Source: Eledone cirrhosa (lineage: Eukaryota). Taken from it: a DNA stretch of 64,000 bases. Positions within the stretch are counted from its first letter, which is position 1; every line of letters starts with the position of its first letter. This document shows, piece after piece, positions 28,075 through 41,236 of this stretch. Where the stretch lies: NCBI GenBank assembly GCA_964016885.1, contig OZ024744.1, positions 69,874,001 to 69,938,000 on the forward strand, written 5' to 3'. Below the pieces are notes generated by a model. That model ran no database searches. It saw only the letters and a program-made list of their open reading frames with translations, and was not told the origin of the DNA. Both the position numbers and the translations under genes were made by a program.

Positions 28075-29460
28075 ATTTCTTTATTAGCCACAGGGGCACA
28101 AAAGAAGGGGACAAATACAAAGGTGGAAGGTTACATCTCGCACGCACCTCGGACAGATCTTTTTTGCAGGGTCCCTGCCCGAGCGCCCATGTCTGTAGAG
28201 CTTGTCTCGAACTGATAGAGCTCCTCGGTAGCACTGCCAGGCCAGGGACTTTTGGAAGTTGTCCATTGGTCCCGGGCGGAAGGTCCTACCGAACAGACTG
28301 TCCAGTTCATCTTCCTCTACGCCTAGAGTTTCACCGAGCGCGGCGTCGCACTTGCTGCGGATCAACCCTCTATAGAATGACGAAGTGGAGTCTCCACTGA
28401 TCACCGGGTCCGCCTGCCAGAGGGCTGTGAGCGCCTGAGCACATTCGATGTGCCAGTCGCCCATTTTCCTCGGTCTTTGCTTGACCCAGGACTGCAGCTC
28501 GATCAGCGAGACGAGTCGTGGGAAGGCTCGCCTCACGAACGGGGCCACACCGGTTGTCCGGTGAGGAATACGTAGAGATGCCGCAGCCTGAGCGCGTGTT
28601 TGCGCATCGTCAACCACGGCATCCCCAGCCCTCCGTTAGAAGGGTGTTGGCAGCAGATGGATCTTCTCACCAAAGGAGCCCGCCACTTCCAAAGGAATCG
28701 GAAGAGCGCGCGCTCCATTTTGGCGAGCGTTTTGGCTGGACAAGGCACGACGGTCAAGCGGTAGTAGATGGTGGACGCTATAAAAGTGTTCGCCACCTCC
28801 GCTCGACCTTTCAAGGATAGTTTGCACTCGGCCCACTTCTGGGTGAGTGCAAACACCTTGGCTGTCACTTCGTTCCAGTTCTTCTCCACCTGGAGGTCCG
28901 GACCAAACCAGACCTCCAGCAGCTTTACCGGTCCTTCCGTCCAGCGTCCGACGACGCCATCGGAAGGCATCGGTCTGCCTCTCCACGATCCGAGTTGCAA
29001 ACCGATGGACTTGTCCCGGTTCAGCTTCGCTCCTGTGAGACTTTCGTATTCCTTTAGTAAGGTGCCGACTTCCTAGGCGCTCGACACCATTACTGTCACG
29101 TCGTCGGCGTAGGCCGACGCCGCTTTCCGCAGTCCCGGTTCCAGAGGGATGCCCTGCAGTAGCTCCAGCTTCCGCAGTAGTGGCTCGAGAGTCAGTACGT
29201 ACAGAAGGGAGGAGAGAGGGCATCCCTATCGAATGGATCGCGTAATATGGAACGGCTCCGAGAGGTAGCTGTTCACCTTGACCCTTGAGCAGATGTTGCT
29301 GTTATGCATTGCAGCGATCCAGCCCCTGAACACGGGTCCGAAGCCTGCCGCCTCGAGCACCGCATCCAGGTAACGATGGTCAACCCTATCGAAAGCCTTA
29401 GACTGATCCAAGTTGATCAGGGCCCCACCGAAGCCGGGTTTACACCCTACCCTCTCTATG
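28075..29460 (-). mobile_element. Tx1/L1-clade LINE, 5'-truncated, internally deleted duplicate
   Basis: LDQSKAFDRVDH, YADD, GGLG; lacks ~575 bp present in the next copy. Confidence 0.9.
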
Positions 29461-29479
29461 ATAGATAGATAGATAGATA

Positions 29480-31442
29480 TATTCCTTTATTAGCCACAGG
29501 GGCACAAAAGAAGGGGACAAATACAAAGGGGGAAGTTTACATACAATAAAAACGTGTAAAATGTTATCACAGATGGAATTTAAAAAGTTAGTCGATTTTC
29601 CCCAATAGAGGGAGACAGTTTATATGGGTAACAAATACCCCCGAAAAAAAATGTGCAACCATCATCTCCAGGAGTACGAAGAGCTTGTACTCCCTTCCTC
29701 TCCTCCTCCTTTTCCTCAACCTACAGGCTGATATAGAAAGAAGGCCCATTCACTCGGGCCATTCTCGCCACTTTCACCCACCTTTCATAAAACTTGCTGG
29801 GGTACAGCACCTCTCTCTCCATCCTGATTCTTCTTCCAAAGTGGTATTTGAAAAAAAGAATTAGTTGTTGGCCGGAGAGAAAGGTGCCTGACCTCAGCCC
29901 TTTCAACCTTGTCCACCATACAACCTCTTTCGCCATAGCTATCACACAAAGGAAAACCGCCTCTCCTTCGTCTTTGAAGGAGGGTGACGGTTTGATCATG
30001 ACAATGGATTCGGTGGTCAACTGGATTGGTCCCACCCGCGACAATAGTCGTTCTACATAGCCCCACAGGTCAGTGACGCCCGGGCAGTGTATGAATGCGT
30101 GCGCGACGGTTTCTTCGTCTCGCACGCACCTCGGACAGATCTTTTTTGCAGGGTCCCTGCCCGGGCGCCCATGTCTGTAGAGCTTGTCTCGAACTGGTAG
30201 AGCTCCTCGGTAGCACTGCCAGGCCAGGGACTTTTGGAAGTTGTCCATCGGTCCTGGGCGGAAGGTCCTACCGAACAGACTGGCCAGTTCATCTTCCTCT
30301 ACGCCCAGAGTTTCACCGAGCGCGTCGTCGCACTTGCTGCGGACCAACCCTCTATAGAATGACGAAGTGGAGTCTCCACCGATCGCCGGGTCCGCCTGCC
30401 AGAGGGCTGTGAGCGCCTGAGCACATTCGATGTGCCAGTCGCCCATTTTCCTCGGTCTCTGCTTGACCCAGGACTGCAGCTCGGTCAGCGAGACGAGTCG
30501 TGGGAAGGCTCGCCTCACGAACGGGGCCCACACCGGTTGTCCGGTGAGGAATACGTAGAGATGCCGCAGCCTGAGCGCGTGTTTGCGCATCGTCAACCAC
30601 GGCATCCCCAGCCCTCCGTTAGAAGGGTGTTGGCAGCAGATGGATCTTCTCACCAAAGGAGCCCGCCTCTTCCAAAGGAATCGGAAGAGCGCGCGCTCCA
30701 TTTTGGCGAGCATTTTGGCTGGACAAGGCACGACGGTCAAGCGGTAGTAGATGGCGGACGCTATAAAAGTGTTCGCCACCTCCGCTCGACCTTTCAAGGA
30801 TAGTTTGCACTCGGCCCACTTCTGGGTGAGTGCAAACACCTTGGCCGTCACTTCGTTCCAGTTCTTCTCCACCTGGAGGTCCGGACCAAACCAGACCCCC
30901 AGCAGCTTTACCGGTCCTTCCGTCCAGCATCCGACGACGCCATCGGAAGGCATCGGTCTGCCTCTCCACGATCCGAGTTGCAAACCGATGGACTTGTCCC
31001 GGTTCAGCTTCGCTCCTGTGAGACTTTCGTATTCCTTTAGTAAGGTGCCGACTTCCTAGGCGCTCGACACCATTACTGTCACGTCGTCGGCGTAGGCCGA
31101 CGCCGCTTTCCGCAGTCCCGGTTCCAGAGGGATGCCCTGCAATAGCTCCAGCTTCCGCAGTAGTTGCTCGAGAGTCAGTACGTACAGAAGGGAGGAGAGA
31201 GGGTATCCCTCTCGAATGGATCGCGTAATATGGAACGGCTCCGAGAGGTAGCTGTTCACCTTGACCCTTGAGCAGATGTTGCTGTTATGCATTGCAGCGA
31301 TCCAGCCCCTGAACACGGGTCCGAAGCCTGCCGCCTCGAGCACCGCATCCAGGTAACGATGGTCAACCCTATCGAAAGCCTTAGACTGATCCAAGTTGAT
31401 CAGGGCCCCACCGAAGCCGGGTTTACACCCTACCCTCTCTAT
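29480..31442 (-). mobile_element. Tx1/L1-clade LINE, 5'-truncated ORF2 (RT + CCHC), flanked by (GATA)n
   Basis: DQSKAFDRVDH, YADDV, CPRC-x8-H-x4-C; in-frame stop at ~31056. Confidence 0.92.
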
Positions 31443-31501
<59 letters not shown>

Positions 31502-31509
31502 TGAAAGAG

Positions 31510-32070
31510 GGACAGAGAGCAAGAAATCAGATGTGTGTGTGTGTCGATATGTGTGTATGTGTGTAAGTGTCGATATATGTGTATGTGTGTGTAAATACAC
31601 AACACACATATATAAGCATGCGTGAATGAGTATGTCCACTCATTCAATATTCTAAGTTTCTTATTGAAAATATTCATATTTAATGTCTAAGTGTACCAAA
31701 GCAGCTTATTAGAGAACATTAAAAGCTGTGTTATTATTGTAGAAACTTCATAGTAATGTATGTGGTGCACATTGACAATGATAATGCAGACGGTGCACAT
31801 ATGCAATGTTAATGCAGCGAGGTGTACATTGCCAATAGTAAATGGATGATTGAAAGGATTCGAAACAATCGACAAGAAATTGAAGCTTTTAAAAGTGTAT
31901 CTTTTACTATCGCAGCTACGTTCATTATACTTATATGTGTGGGTGTGTGTGTGTGGGGGGGGGTATGTGATTATGTGTTTGTGTGTTTGTGTGTCACAGT
32001 AAGTGTGAGTGTGTTTGTGTGTGTGTGTGCATGTTTGAGTGTATTTGAGTGAGATTTTACGTACGTAGCT
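31510..32070. repeat. ~550-bp segment duplicated in inverted orientation at ~47690-48250
   Basis: near-identical reverse complement. Confidence 0.85.
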
Positions 32071-32137
32071 ACGTACGTGTGTATGTCTATCTGCATATGC
32101 GTGTTTGCGTGTTTGTGTGTGTGTGTGTGTGTGTGTT

Positions 32138-32390
32138 TGAGCAGTATCGATAAAGCACCAGTAATGTACTGGGGTAATTGATAGCCTTGTGACAAAAGTG
32201 TAGTATCGATAGAGTGTCGGACACCAAGCTTGGCAGCATAGAGTTATGGCGCTCTACGTGCTTAGTCCAAATCCCACCGAGGTTAACTTTGCCTTTCATC
32301 CTTACGGAGCCGATAAAATAAAGTACCAGTAATGTACTGGGGGGGGGGGGGGGTCATTGGTGGCCATGTGCCAAAAGTAGAATCACTATT
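32138..32390 (+). mobile_element. rearranged SINE family A
   Basis: tail fragment inserted in the head of a second copy. Confidence 0.7.
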
Positions 32391-32399
32391 ATTCGTAAA

Positions 32400-32695
32400 G
32401 CTTTTATTCTGGTAGATGTTATACCGACACTATACCAAAAACGTGACCCATAACCAATGGCCAAAGGTCCTTTGGGTATTTCCTTCTCCTTCACCTTAGA
32501 ACCCTCACTGTTCCTAACAAGGCTGTTTTCTGAATAATCCTGTCCTGATGGTAATTCCTAGCTTCTCACGCCATGTATCGAACCTACTAACTGCTCCCAG
32601 TGTGTCAACCACAATCGGTACCACTTCTACGTGTCTGATTCTCCACAGTTTCCTGATTTCTCTCTTCAGCTCCTGGTATTTCTCAACTTACTCAC
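32400..32695 (-). pseudogene. 3' end of another RLE-type non-LTR element
   Basis: VEKYQELKREIRKLW...VVPIVVDTLG...(Q)KTALLGTVRVLR. Confidence 0.75.
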
Positions 32696-32699
32696 TTTC

Positions 32700-33062
32700 C
32701 TTCTGTGGTATGGACACCGTATGGATACCACAAGAGAGGGTAAAGACCCACTTCGGTCACGAATGACCATGGGATTTGCACCTAGAAAGTTCCCCTCCGA
32801 GGCACAAGTCTGAGCAAGGTTGTTTGTGGAAGACCAGCAGTCGCCCAAATATACCAGTCTCCCTCGCTCCACGCCACCAATGTTGTCTAAGGGAAAGACA
32901 AAGGCACCAGTGACGTCGCAAAACATTTCTACAGCTGAGTAAACTGGAGCAACATGAAATAAAGTGTCTTGCTCAAGGACAGAACTCATCACCCTGTCCG
33001 AAAATTGAACCCACAACCTCCCGATTGCAAGCCCAATGCTCTAATCACTAAGCCATGTGCCT
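32700..33062 (-). mobile_element. SINE family B, long form
   Basis: tRNA-like head at 33062-32990 plus body. Confidence 0.75.
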
Positions 33063-33261
33063 TCACAGTGAAGCATTATCCACAATATCCAGTGATGTTT
33101 TTGCTCTCATTTAGTGCACAGTTTCTGTTCGCCTTCATGTTTTGCCAACACCTTAATATTCTTTGCGGCTTTAAATTCAGAATGTTACCTCTGCCTCCCT
33201 TCGTGAACTGCCACAATTTTCATCATCCAGTCATGATGAAAATTATTATTATTATTATGTT

Positions 33262-34232
33262 TTTCCCCAGCTTGTCTCTTTGACGGAGCTGCAGTCCTGG
33301 GTCAAGCGAACACCCAGGGGGAGCGCTTGGAAACTGGAATGTCTTCAAGCGCTCACTGTCCTTTGCCAATCGGGCATAGAGGGTTAGTGGAGGACAAGAA
33401 CAAAGACGGCCTTGGGCAAATTCTGGGTGTCGCGAAAGCCAACTAGCTATTCTCTTCCAGAGGATTTCGGTCAGAGACCAACGGATAACTTCCAGAGGTC
33501 CCTGGGCTGGCAGTGTCACCGGGGAGCGTTGCCAATTCGAGACAACTTAGCAGACATGGTAGTGCCGTCAGCCGGGCCTGTCCGAGATGTGCGTCAGGCG
33601 AAGAGACCCTTCTGTGCGCACTCTTCCAGTGTCCGAGCATCGCTGACTTGAGGGTTTATGTGGAACATCTACTTTCTTGTGTAGGACGGATCTGGCTATC
33701 AGCTGAGTCCATCGTAAAGATTTCCCCACCGGCCTCCCTTAACCAGGAAGGGCAGGCAATTTCTATCTGCCTAGTGGTCATGGTAAAAGAGGTCGTATGG
33801 TGGGCGTGTTTGAAAGGGTTAAAGACGGGTACTTTCCTCTTCGGTGACGCCCTCATTAACTTTTTCAGGTTTCACCGGAAAAGCAAAATCAGGGTGAAGA
33901 TGGAAGTGCTTCCTTCCAATCAGTTTGTTGTAAGGTGGGTGAGAGAGGCAAGAATGGCCCGTGTGAATGGGTCAACTCTGAGCGTGTGCCTGTAGTATTG
34001 TAGGAGGAAACATGGAAGAGGGCGCTTGCCCTAGTGATCAGGGTGACCATGGCTTTTGTGGGCTTTTTCCATTGGGGATTTTTCCTTTGTTTCTATTTTT
34101 TTTTTTTGTTACATTTTTTTGCTTTTGTTTCCTTTTGTTTTACACGCAGAAACACATATTTGTACCGTCCTGTATCATCCTGTGCTGCCCTTAATGTATT
34201 TTTTGTAAACCCTTTGTGGTTAATCAAGAAAT
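33262..34232 (+). mobile_element. diverged Tx1/L1 3' fragment
   Basis: DNFQRSLGWQC, CPRC, KEVVWW; homologous to 29721-30500. Confidence 0.85.
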
Positions 34233-34449
34233 CGTTATTATTATTATATTTACTGCATCCTATTACTTATTTTTACATCTCGAAAAACTAATAAAATATT
34301 TAAGTTGAACACATGCTGTTAATGTATTTACAGATATAGCTGAGTATTTATGTATACTGCAATGTATTTCAACTAGTTTGTGTGATTTCGAAGCTCTCCA
34401 TTTCTTTTTGCAACAATGTGATCATGCCTTTTCCTATCCTACCATTGTT

Positions 34450-34880
34450 GACCCCTCATCAGTTCCTATGTCAATTAGCTTGGATACAACACAGCTTTAA
34501 AAAAATACCTCCTCTGCCAGTGAGACCTGGAAATACAGGGAAAAGATCGAAAGCAAGCTGAACGCATTCTATCAAATGTGATTCAGATTCAGAAAGATTA
34601 TGAAGGTCTCCTGGTGAAACCAGATTCCACATGAAGAGATTCTGGGGAAAACAAAGTCACAACCACTACAAAAGAAAATTATGGAGCGATAGTTCTCTTC
34701 TGACTTCGACTCCTCCTGGAGATAAACGGAGAAAGACCTGTGTAAATATTGCCTGGTGTCTGATAGTTCAAGACATTGTGAAGGCCATCAACATCACCTG
34801 CGAATGAAAGAGCAGCAGTGGATCGTGTGCGTTGGAGGAGGCTTGTTGCTCGATGCGCTTTTCAGCGCAGGAGATATTTT
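34450..34880 (+). pseudogene. decayed RTE LINE 3' end
   Basis: ETWK...LNAF...VSW...EEIL remnants. Confidence 0.5.
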
Positions 34881-34886
34881 AAAATA

Positions 34887-35061
34887 CAAGTCAAATTCCG
34901 TTATAATGAATACCATTCTAACGAATTTTTCAGTATAACAAAATATTTTTTTAATTCCCAGCCACACGCTGGATGTGTTAGGTCGATCACGTTGTAAAGA
35001 ATTTTTCGTTACAACGAATTTTTTATACCCCCGTGAATTTCGTTATAACGGAATTTCAATG
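34887..35061. mobile_element. pogo/Tigger-like MITE with TA flanks
   Basis: TIRs aaattccgttataa / ttataacggaattt. Confidence 0.7.
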
Positions 35062-35074
35062 TATATAGTCTCTT

Positions 35075-35520
35075 CCCACACAAAAACCACAAGTTAAACA
35101 ATAACTCTTAAATCTCTGCTCTTATCAAGTGCAAATGAAAAAAAAAGTGCAATCCGTTGCAACATCTGCTGACATTTCTTCAATTGAAAAACATTTGCAA
35201 TCCGTTGCAAGCATCCCTTAAACAAGTTTTAACCCCTGCTGACATTTCTTGAACACATCGTGTGATCGTGCTTGCAGATTTTCTGATAAATGCAAATAAA
35301 GATTTCTTATCAGAGCAAACAATATTTACCAGACCCAGTAAATATTCTTTGAGAAATTCTACATCTACAAAAGTACTCGGTTTTTTCTGTTCTATAATTT
35401 ACATTGCAGCAAGCATGATTATGTCATTCATTTTCATTACATTTCCTGATTTTAGTTAGTTTTTAGTTTGTAGTTTTCCGAAACAAAGCTTCAATTCCCA
35501 ACTTCATCTTTCCTTGTCTG
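35075..35520 (-). pseudogene. hAT (Buster/SPIN/GTF2IRD2-like) transposase fragment
   Basis: KKPSTFVDVEFLKEYLLGLVNIVCSDKKSLF...ASTITRCVQEMS. Confidence 0.6.
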
Positions 35521-37462
35521 ACTAGTATATATGAACCCACAACTCATATAATGTAATCGTAGCGGGTTAGTAGCTAAGAGATGATATATATCAAGACAAA
35601 AAGATGATAGATGATTTATTGAGCTATATTTTTCTGAATGCTTGCTGTCCCTTATCTTTGTGGACCAATAATATTGCTTATTAATTTATGAATGTATGGA
35701 TGCATGTATGCATGCTTGTGTAGATATGGATGTTATTGTATGTGTGGATATGTATGTTTTGAGTTGTGTGTGTGTGCATGTGTATATGCTTTGTATCTGT
35801 ACATGAGTATATGCAGTTATTAGATGCAAAAAGTTTGGAATGTTTTACATATTTTTACTGTTCCATTAATGGGTTGTACTTGTCATTTCCTAACTAGTTG
35901 TGTTCTTTCTGTTCCTGTGAAGCCTGGCTTCTCAAGATTTGTATTGAGGCAGTTACTAATATACCCCAGTGCCCCAATAATCACAGGCATAAATCTGAAG
36001 GTGTAATCAGGGTGGAGTATCTGCAGATTTCTCATCAGTTCTGCATAAATATTCTCCTTTTCACTAATCTTTGATATTATATTGGCATCTGCTGGGCAGC
36101 TAATTTCCACTACTGTGCATGCTTTCTTTTCCCCGTCCCATATCATAATATCTGGTCTGTTATGCCTGCATTTTATTGGGGTTTTTACTGGAACATTCCA
36201 CCAGTACTCTTTCATATTATGTATAGGGATGTCTTCCACATTGCTGTAGCTTTTAATGTGTTTATTATCGGGGCTATCTTTTTTACGGATTGCATTGTAC
36301 AGTGCTTTGGCCACTACATCATGCCTCATAGGTAGATAGTACCGCGATGACATCTTTGGACAGCTGCTGATGACATGGGTGATATCCTCGATGTTAGTCC
36401 TGCACAGTTTGCACTTTTTATCACATCTAGGTGTTTTGCCTTCATCCCTATCTCTTTTGTGAATCAGGTATTTTGTGTTAATCTCCTGTTCTTGGATTGC
36501 AAAAGCGTATCCTTCAAAGTGGGAGCCAATATAGCGGTTGTTGGTCCAAGATAGACTACTTTCTATATTACACTCACTTCCTGGCAACATATCCATGCAT
36601 GATTTTATGCTGATAGGCATGCAGTTTTTCATCCATGGATTCACTGCGATACTGCTGAGCGACTTCCCTAGGTGTGAGTTTTTGATTATCACACATGGAA
36701 TATCTCTCGAGGAGTTCCTTCCCAACTCTTATGATCTTATCTGTTTCATGCAGATAGACTTGCTCGAGAAGCGGGCTCCTACGCTTCGAGGTTCGTAGAT
36801 GTTGTCGGAGGGATATGATGCGACATTCAAATGTTGTCTGGACTGATGTTAGGCCTCTGCCTCCCTGCCTACGTTTCAAGTAAAGGCGGTCTATGTCACT
36901 GTTGATGTGGAAGTTGCCGGTGTTGTTCAGTATTTTTCGAGTTCTCGGATTTCGTCTATCGTCCAATTGGGTATTCCAAACGTTGGTGTTAGGACAGGCA
37001 CAGCAAACACATTGTGAGCCACTGTTTTGTTTTGCGCAGAGAGTTCCGATGACCAAATCTTTCTTAATCGGGTGTAGTATTCCCTGATTACGCGTTCCTT
37101 ATTACAGATACCATTATAGGATATGTTCTCATCTATCCCTAGTATTTGTAACAGTCCTCATCAGATATCGGTAGAACAGTTAGGCCATTGGTGACAATGT
37201 TGCTAGATTGGGTTGTTGTTTTCCCCCGCTTTACAGTCATATATGAACATTTATCTTGGCCAAACTCCATTCCTATATCCTTTAAGAATGTTGTAACCAG
37301 GTCAAGATTTTTCTTCATTCCATCCATGTTCTTGGCATGGAGTTTCAGATCGTCCACAAAGAAATTATGGGTTACGTTCGTATTCCTGTCCTCCTGTGAG
37401 CCAATGATGTATCCGTCACATTTCTTGAGCAGAAAGGACAAGGGGTTTAATGACAAGATGAA

Positions 37463-37555
37463 TAATTGTTTCTACTTTAGGCACAAGGCCAGCAATCACC
37501 CAGTGCATTACTGGTACTTTATTTTATCGACCCCGTAAGGATGAAAGGCAAAGTC
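37463..37555 (-). mobile_element. truncated SINE family A inserted in the R4 RT, 13-bp TSD
   Basis: caagatgaataat at 37454-37466 and 37555-37567. Confidence 0.9.
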
Positions 37556-38204
37556 AAGATGAATAATATCACAGAGAGACTGTCTCCCTGAAATATACCC
37601 CTGCGATATTTTATTTTATCAATGAAAATAGAGTTCTCCCTCTCTGTCTTTAACCTTGGGAGTAGCCCAAGAAGAAGACAGCTTCTCTATGGCTCTGATA
37701 ATAATGTCTGGGACTTTAGCAAGTTTGAGGGCTTCTATCATCCAAGAGTGGGGAACAGAATCGAAAGCTTTCCTGTAGTCCAGGCAGACTGTAGCCATAT
37801 TCCTCCTAAGTTGTTGCACCTCCGACATCGCAGTTTTGTTGATTAGGAGTTGTTCAGCACATCTTCAAACCCCTTTCTTTCCAGTGACACTTATTATTTT
37901 GTTCTTCATACCTCTATAGACTGATGTTTGCTTTCGTCTGAATCTTTTATTAAGCACTTTTCTCTCATCTACCTTCTTCAGGTATCGGCGTTTTTCGCTA
38001 ACAGCTCTCAATTCTTGTTTGAGGGTGATCAGCTTATATTGAAGAGTTCTAGTTCTACTGTTACGAAACATCGTCTCTATTTTATTTTTCACTCTTTGTT
38101 GGTAAGGAGTGAGGTTTTTTTGTGTTTGTTTGCATGTAAGGAGCATTGTCACATATCCTATGGTTTTTCGTAGGTCAGCAATCTTTTTTTCTATTTTAGT
38201 TATA

Positions 38205-38698
38205 TACTAGCAGAATGGCCCGGCGTTGCTCGGGATTTGCTCTAGGGTTCTTATATATTTGATATATATTTATCCTTCTCGAGCCTCGTGAAGTAAATAC
38301 GTTTGTTTATATATTTTTAGTGTGTATACAAAAATATCTGTACACGAATATATAAATAACAGTACAGAGAAGTACGGAATACCTTGGCCTCGGGTTGGTG
38401 TCTACATTTTCTGCTTATAAAAAAAGTTCGTCGTACATTACCAGGGGTTTTTTCCGTTCGAAGAAAATCAATACTTTATCGCGAGATAAATACTTTTGTT
38501 TATATGTGTATGCAAAAATATCTGTACGCGAATATATAATTATATATATATTAAAATAACAGATTAAAGTTTAAGCAAAGAATCGCTGCTTTCACCCTTA
38601 ACGGGATCTTCTGAAACTAAAATAATAAATCTGTAAACGCAGAAGTAAATATTTCGAAAAACGTTACACACTATATATATATATGTATATATACACAC

Positions 38699-38761
<63 letters not shown>

Positions 38762-39061
38762 CGCGTCATAATGACGTAATGCAGACAGCCAGGTATACAG
38801 ACAGATATTATAAGGGCGCGACGTTATATCTATGTATCTATCTAAAAAGAGAAAGACTAAGAGAGAGAGAAAGGGATCGTAAAATCGCCTAATGCGGTCC
38901 CTAGGGCATTGAAAATTTGAAATTTGTTTTGCTCAGAACACTCAATAGGACCATAAGTATTACATGTGTGAAGTTTGAAAATAATCGGTTGGATGGTTCT
39001 CGAGTTTTAGTGATTGTACAGACAGACAGACAAACAGACATTCTCCGTTTTAGTAATATAG
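38205..39061 (+). mobile_element. Helentron/DINE-1-like non-autonomous element
   Basis: 5' actagcagaa..cccggcgttgctcggg hairpin; (acag)n and ttagtaatatag near 3' end; no TSD. Confidence 0.65.
38568..38618 (-). ncRNA. type I hammerhead, core variant CAGAAGA
   Basis: AGUUU CAGAAGA uCCC-guuaa-GGGu GAA AGCA-gcgauucuu-UGCU U AAACU. Confidence 0.65.
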
Positions 39062-39911
39062 ACTAGCAGAAAACCACCCGCATGGGCGGTTTTCTGCTAG
39101 CAAATCTAGTGTATATACTGATATTGTTGAGATTTGGATGAGAAATGTTTTCGGCACCACATGTTCACCGTCTCTCGGTGTGTCTTTTATGCATGTATAA
39201 ATATATATGTTATCTATACGGTGAAATCTTTGAAATAAATATATGTTAAAACGAAAAAGGAGAAAATAAATAACTGGCGGTTAGAAAAAAATATTCCTAT
39301 GAAATTTTAATCATACCATTAGGTGTGAATAAGGAAATATTTTTTTTATTGTCAAAACAAATGTTCAAAAGTTAAACTTCAATTTTTTGAATTATTTCCA
39401 ATTTTTTCAGGAAATTGAACACTGGATATTGGCTGCTGGAAATGGAAATTAAATCGTATTTAATTGTATTTAAATTTCTAACCTTATTTTATTATTTATA
39501 TTTTTTCAATAAGAAATAAAAAAAAGACAACAAAAAAAATTGAAGAAAAAAATTGAACAAATCAAACGTAGGTTATGGAACTGCGCAATCTGATTAATAA
39601 ATTACCTCATCAGCAGCAACCTTCTTCAAATGGTCCTTATTATCAGCAGCAACAACCACAAATTCAATGGCAACCTTCTTCAAATGGTCCTTATTATCAG
39701 CAGCAACAACCACAAATTCAATGGCAACCTTCTTCAAACCACAAATTCAATGGCAACCTTCTTCGCATGGTGTCAAGTCAGAACCGCCTCGAACTGGTTA
39801 CTTCTGGCTTGTGCAAGGTGTCTCTATAGCAACCAGCGATTCCCTCGGTCTCAGTGACCAAAGTCAGTGGAGAGGGGAAGGTAATGTTTCTGTAGCACGT
39901 GTTTTAGCGTC

Positions 39912-39985
<74 letters not shown>

Positions 39986-40100
39986 CCTCTATCCCCCTCT
40001 CGTAGTCTGTCTCTTTCTTTCACTCTCACTCTCTCTCTACGCACGTGTTTCCACTGTCGGACAGACAGACAGAGAAATTGCTGGTTATATATATAAGTAG
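39062..40100 (+). mobile_element. second Helentron-type element in tandem, containing a 48-bp minisatellite (39610-39765) and (CT)n
   Basis: 5' actagcagaaaaccacccgc hairpin; 3' (acag)n...tatataagtagat; R4 ORF resumes seamlessly after it. Confidence 0.6.
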
Positions 40101-41236
40101 ATGATGGTATTTTTGGTGGTGTTTTGTTCTTGTTAATATCTCTGCTATCACCAAGATAATGTTTCACTGACGTTGCTAAGGCATATAAACAGGCGTTGAT
40201 TTGCCAAAATGTTGGGGTTTTTATCCGTCGTAAATATTCATCCCCTATTTCGTCAATAACACGTAATATTATATTATTTGGTATTTTATTAAATATTGTC
40301 GTTTTAATACGTTCAGCAAGAGAGATATTTATAGATGAATTAATTTCCCTCTGGAAGATTTCATTGAGGGAAATTTTCAATTGTTTATACTTTTGATTAT
40401 TATCATTATAGTATTTTCCACAACAGTCGAGGTAGATTCGGATGGTACACGTGGTGTCAAATTTCTTCGATTATTATTATTATTTCTTCGATTATTATTA
40501 TTATCGATAGTGTTTTCCCCAGCATTCGAGATAGACTTAGATGGTACATGTGATGTCAAGTTTCTTACAGGCATAGTTGTTTCAAGGCGCTGTTCGGCCT
40601 GGCTGCTAGGAAGTCTAGTAGCATGGCGATCTGTAGCACGTGTTGTTGATCCCATGTTTGTTGTGGGGGACTTACAATTAATAATATTTATCTTATTTTT
40701 ACGTTCAACAAACGTCGCTTGTTGGCGTAATTGTTTCGCTGTGAAATAATTTAGCTCTGGGTGCATTTCGTCCCAGTGTAGCTTCATTCTGTTCATATAG
40801 CCAATGGAGGGATTGTTTTTTGCCATTTTGTAACAATTAAATAAATCATCATTAAGTTTGCAACTCCAAGAGAAATGCGATTTATAATTTCGGTTTCTTC
40901 TGTAACTACAACTGAATAAAGTTTGTTTACCTTTCTCGTTGTTTGTCTTCGATACTTCCTTAATTTTGTTGTTGATGTTGTGTTCAGGCATGCTGTTTGT
41001 AGCAAATCCTTGTAAAATTAATTATGTATTTAGTCGGATATCTCTACGAATTCGAATAAAGGGTGTCTTCAGAAGATATAGTTAGAAGAATAACAAGTTA
41101 TTCAACATGACTGTAGTTGTGGCATTACTGTCGGAGATAGTATTCATCTTAAAATAAATAGTCTTCCACGCCAAAATATGCGACTGATCGCGTTGACTGT
41201 GTTATGGCATGTAAATATGTATGTATATATGCATGA

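Larger units (their letters stand above)
35690..41210 (-). mobile_element. near full-length decayed R4/Dong-clade non-LTR retrotransposon, interrupted by a SINE and two Helentron-type elements
   Basis: N-term GYMNRMKLHWDEMHPE; RT DYRKAFDSVPH, GIFQGDSLS, FVDDLKL; CKLC..EDITHVISSC, RHD, RPDI..D..VEISCP (PD-D/ExK). Confidence 0.9.
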
